From NCBI GenBank assembly GCA_028864975.1, contig JAGWLG010000052.1:1-14294 (forward strand): a stretch of DNA of 14,294 nt, written 5' to 3'. This DNA comes from Thermoplasmata archaeon (GTDB lineage: Archaea > Thermoplasmatota > Thermoplasmata > Lutacidiplasmatales > UBA184). The translations under genes and the position numbers were made by a program. Each line of letters opens with the position of its first letter. The stretch's first letter is position 1. The notes under the pieces were generated by a model. That model ran no database searches. It was not told the origin of the DNA and saw only the letters and a program-made list of their open reading frames with translations. This document shows, piece by piece, positions 13,299-14,294 of this stretch.

Positions 13299-13347
13299 TG
13301 GCGATGAAGTCCGCCACAAGCGCCCGCCCGGGGCTGATGACTTCTAC
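13299..13347 (+). ncRNA. Fluoride riboswitch (crcB motif RNA)
   Basis: TGGCG-ATGAAGTC-CGCCA forms P1, a GC stem at about 13322-13334 forms P2, and the conserved GCTGATGACTTCTAC end gives the pseudoknot GAAGTC/GACTTC. It lies directly upstream of crcB. Confidence 0.93.
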
Positions 13348-13376
13348 TTCGAGCCGGGCGACCCGGAGTGGCGGAC

Positions 13377-13781
13377 ATGGACACCCAGCAGCAGCTGAGA
13401 CTTGTGGCGCTCGTGGCAACCGGCGGAGCGATCGGTAGCGTCCTTCGATACGGCGTGAGCGGCGCGCTCTCGCGGACGGACTTCCCTTGGGGGACCTTCG
13501 CCGTGAACTTCACCGGGACCTTCCTGCTCGCCCTGCTCTTCTTCCTCTCTCTCGAGCGGGGTCTTTTCTCCCCCGAGCTCCGTGCGCTGCTGTTCGTCGG
13601 AGTGTTCGGAGGCTACACCACGTTCTCAACCTTCGGGCTCGAAACGGTCACCCTCCTACGGGGTGGAGAGACCTTGCTGGGGGCGTTCAATATCCTGCTG
13701 AACGGTGGGATATGTCTGGGGGCGGCGTTCTTGGGAGCCGGTGTGGGCTTGCTCCTGGCGGGAGGACAGACGTGGAGCTGA
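13377..13781 (+). CDS. crcB: Fluoride channel Fluc/CrcB
   Basis: GGAIGSVLRY, FPWGTFAVN and GGYTTFSTF signatures with four hydrophobic segments. GGAG (13365-13368) is 8 nt before ATG 13377. The track's GTG 13368 start overlaps the SD. Confidence 0.96.
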   Translation: MDTQQQLRLVALVATGGAIGSVLRYGVSGALSRTDFPWGTFAVNFTGTFLLALLFFLSLERGLFSPELRALLFVGVFGGYTTFSTFGLETVTLLRGGETLLGAFNILLNGGICLGAAFLGAGVGLLLAGGQTWS

Positions 13782-14101
13782 ACGAGAAGGCTGTCCGACT
13801 GAAGATCTACCTCGGGGAGTCCGACCGGTTCCAGGGGCGCCCAGCTTACCAGGTGGTCGTCGAGAGGCTCCGCGCGCGTGGCTTCTGGGGTGCGACGGTG
13901 TACCGAGGCATCTACGGGTTTGGGAAGCGGAGCTTGCTGCACTCGGCCTCGGTCCTCCGCCTCAGCGAGGACCTCCCGCTCATCATCGAGGTCGTGGAAG
14001 CCGAGGAGAAGGTCACGGCCATCGTACCGGAACTCAGCGAGATGGTGAAGGGCGGCCTCATCACGGTCGAGGACGTGAAGGTCCTTCGCCACCTTGGGTA
14101 G
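13772..14101 (+). CDS. DUF190 family (PII-like) protein
   Basis: LKIYLGESDRF.GRPAY, GATVYRGIYGFG and LRLSEDLPLIIEVVE. GGAGG at 13761-13765 precedes GTG 13772, which overlaps the crcB stop by 10 nt. DUF190 is a common crcB neighbour. Confidence 0.92.
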   Translation: MELNEKAVRLKIYLGESDRFQGRPAYQVVVERLRARGFWGATVYRGIYGFGKRSLLHSASVLRLSEDLPLIIEVVEAEEKVTAIVPELSEMVKGGLITVEDVKVLRHLG

Positions 14102-14183
14102 TCGGGGACCCGAACAAGCGCAGCGCGCTCCGTTCCTGGGGAGCCGGTTCGAGCTCCGGCGATGTTGGAAGAACAGACCGGAA

Positions 14184-14294
14184 CTATCCTGCCTTTCCGA
14201 CGTCGTAGGACGTGAGAAGCGCCTTCACCGAGGCGGAACCGGATCGGTTCAACACCGTGGGGGAGGGCAAGGCCTTGCGGTGGGACTCGGCCGC
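14184..14294 (-). CDS. 3' end of an unidentified convergent gene (partial)
   Basis: The frame from the window edge reads AAESHRKALPSPTVLNRSGSASVKALLTSYDVGKAG-stop with GC-typical codons. It is too short to assign. Confidence 0.4.
   Translation of the reverse strand, partial: AAESHRKALPSPTVLNRSGSASVKALLTSYDVGKAG

Noticed and set aside
13487-14208. Long version of the DUF190 ORF (13487 start) and ORFs 13613..14092 (-) and 13705..14208 (+)
   Set aside because: They overlap crcB/DUF190 in other frames or strands. The DUF190 similarity and a strong GGAGG point to GTG 13772.

Overview
High-GC window that looks archaeal: TATA-box promoters, a Thermoplasmata-style surface protein and GGAG/GGAGG ribosome-binding sites. 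The taxonomy is my inference. About 73% of the window is one giant minus-strand gene that the ORF track misses because it has no stop codon inside the window (ATG 10448 to <1, at least 3482 codons). It encodes a single-pass membrane protein. In order, it has a signal peptide, a Cys-rich head resembling a glutamic peptidase (G1/eqolisin-like), about 31 Ig/PKD-like modules (ten exact 306-nt A units, two 300-nt B units and eight PKD-like units), a TM helix followed by RRRKK, and a Pro/Glu-rich cytoplasmic tail with a zinc ribbon. Divergently transcribed from it are an A-type Fe-S carrier (HesB/IscA family), a MOSC protein, a second, atypical HesB paralogue with 8 Cys and a Gly/Cys tail ending in CC, and a coiled-coil protein with an H1-like basic N-terminus. 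These are followed by a fluoride riboswitch with a clear 9-bp translational expression platform controlling crcB (Fluc) and a DUF190 gene. A convergent gene ends at the right edge. No mobile elements, CRISPR arrays, tRNA or rRNA were seen.
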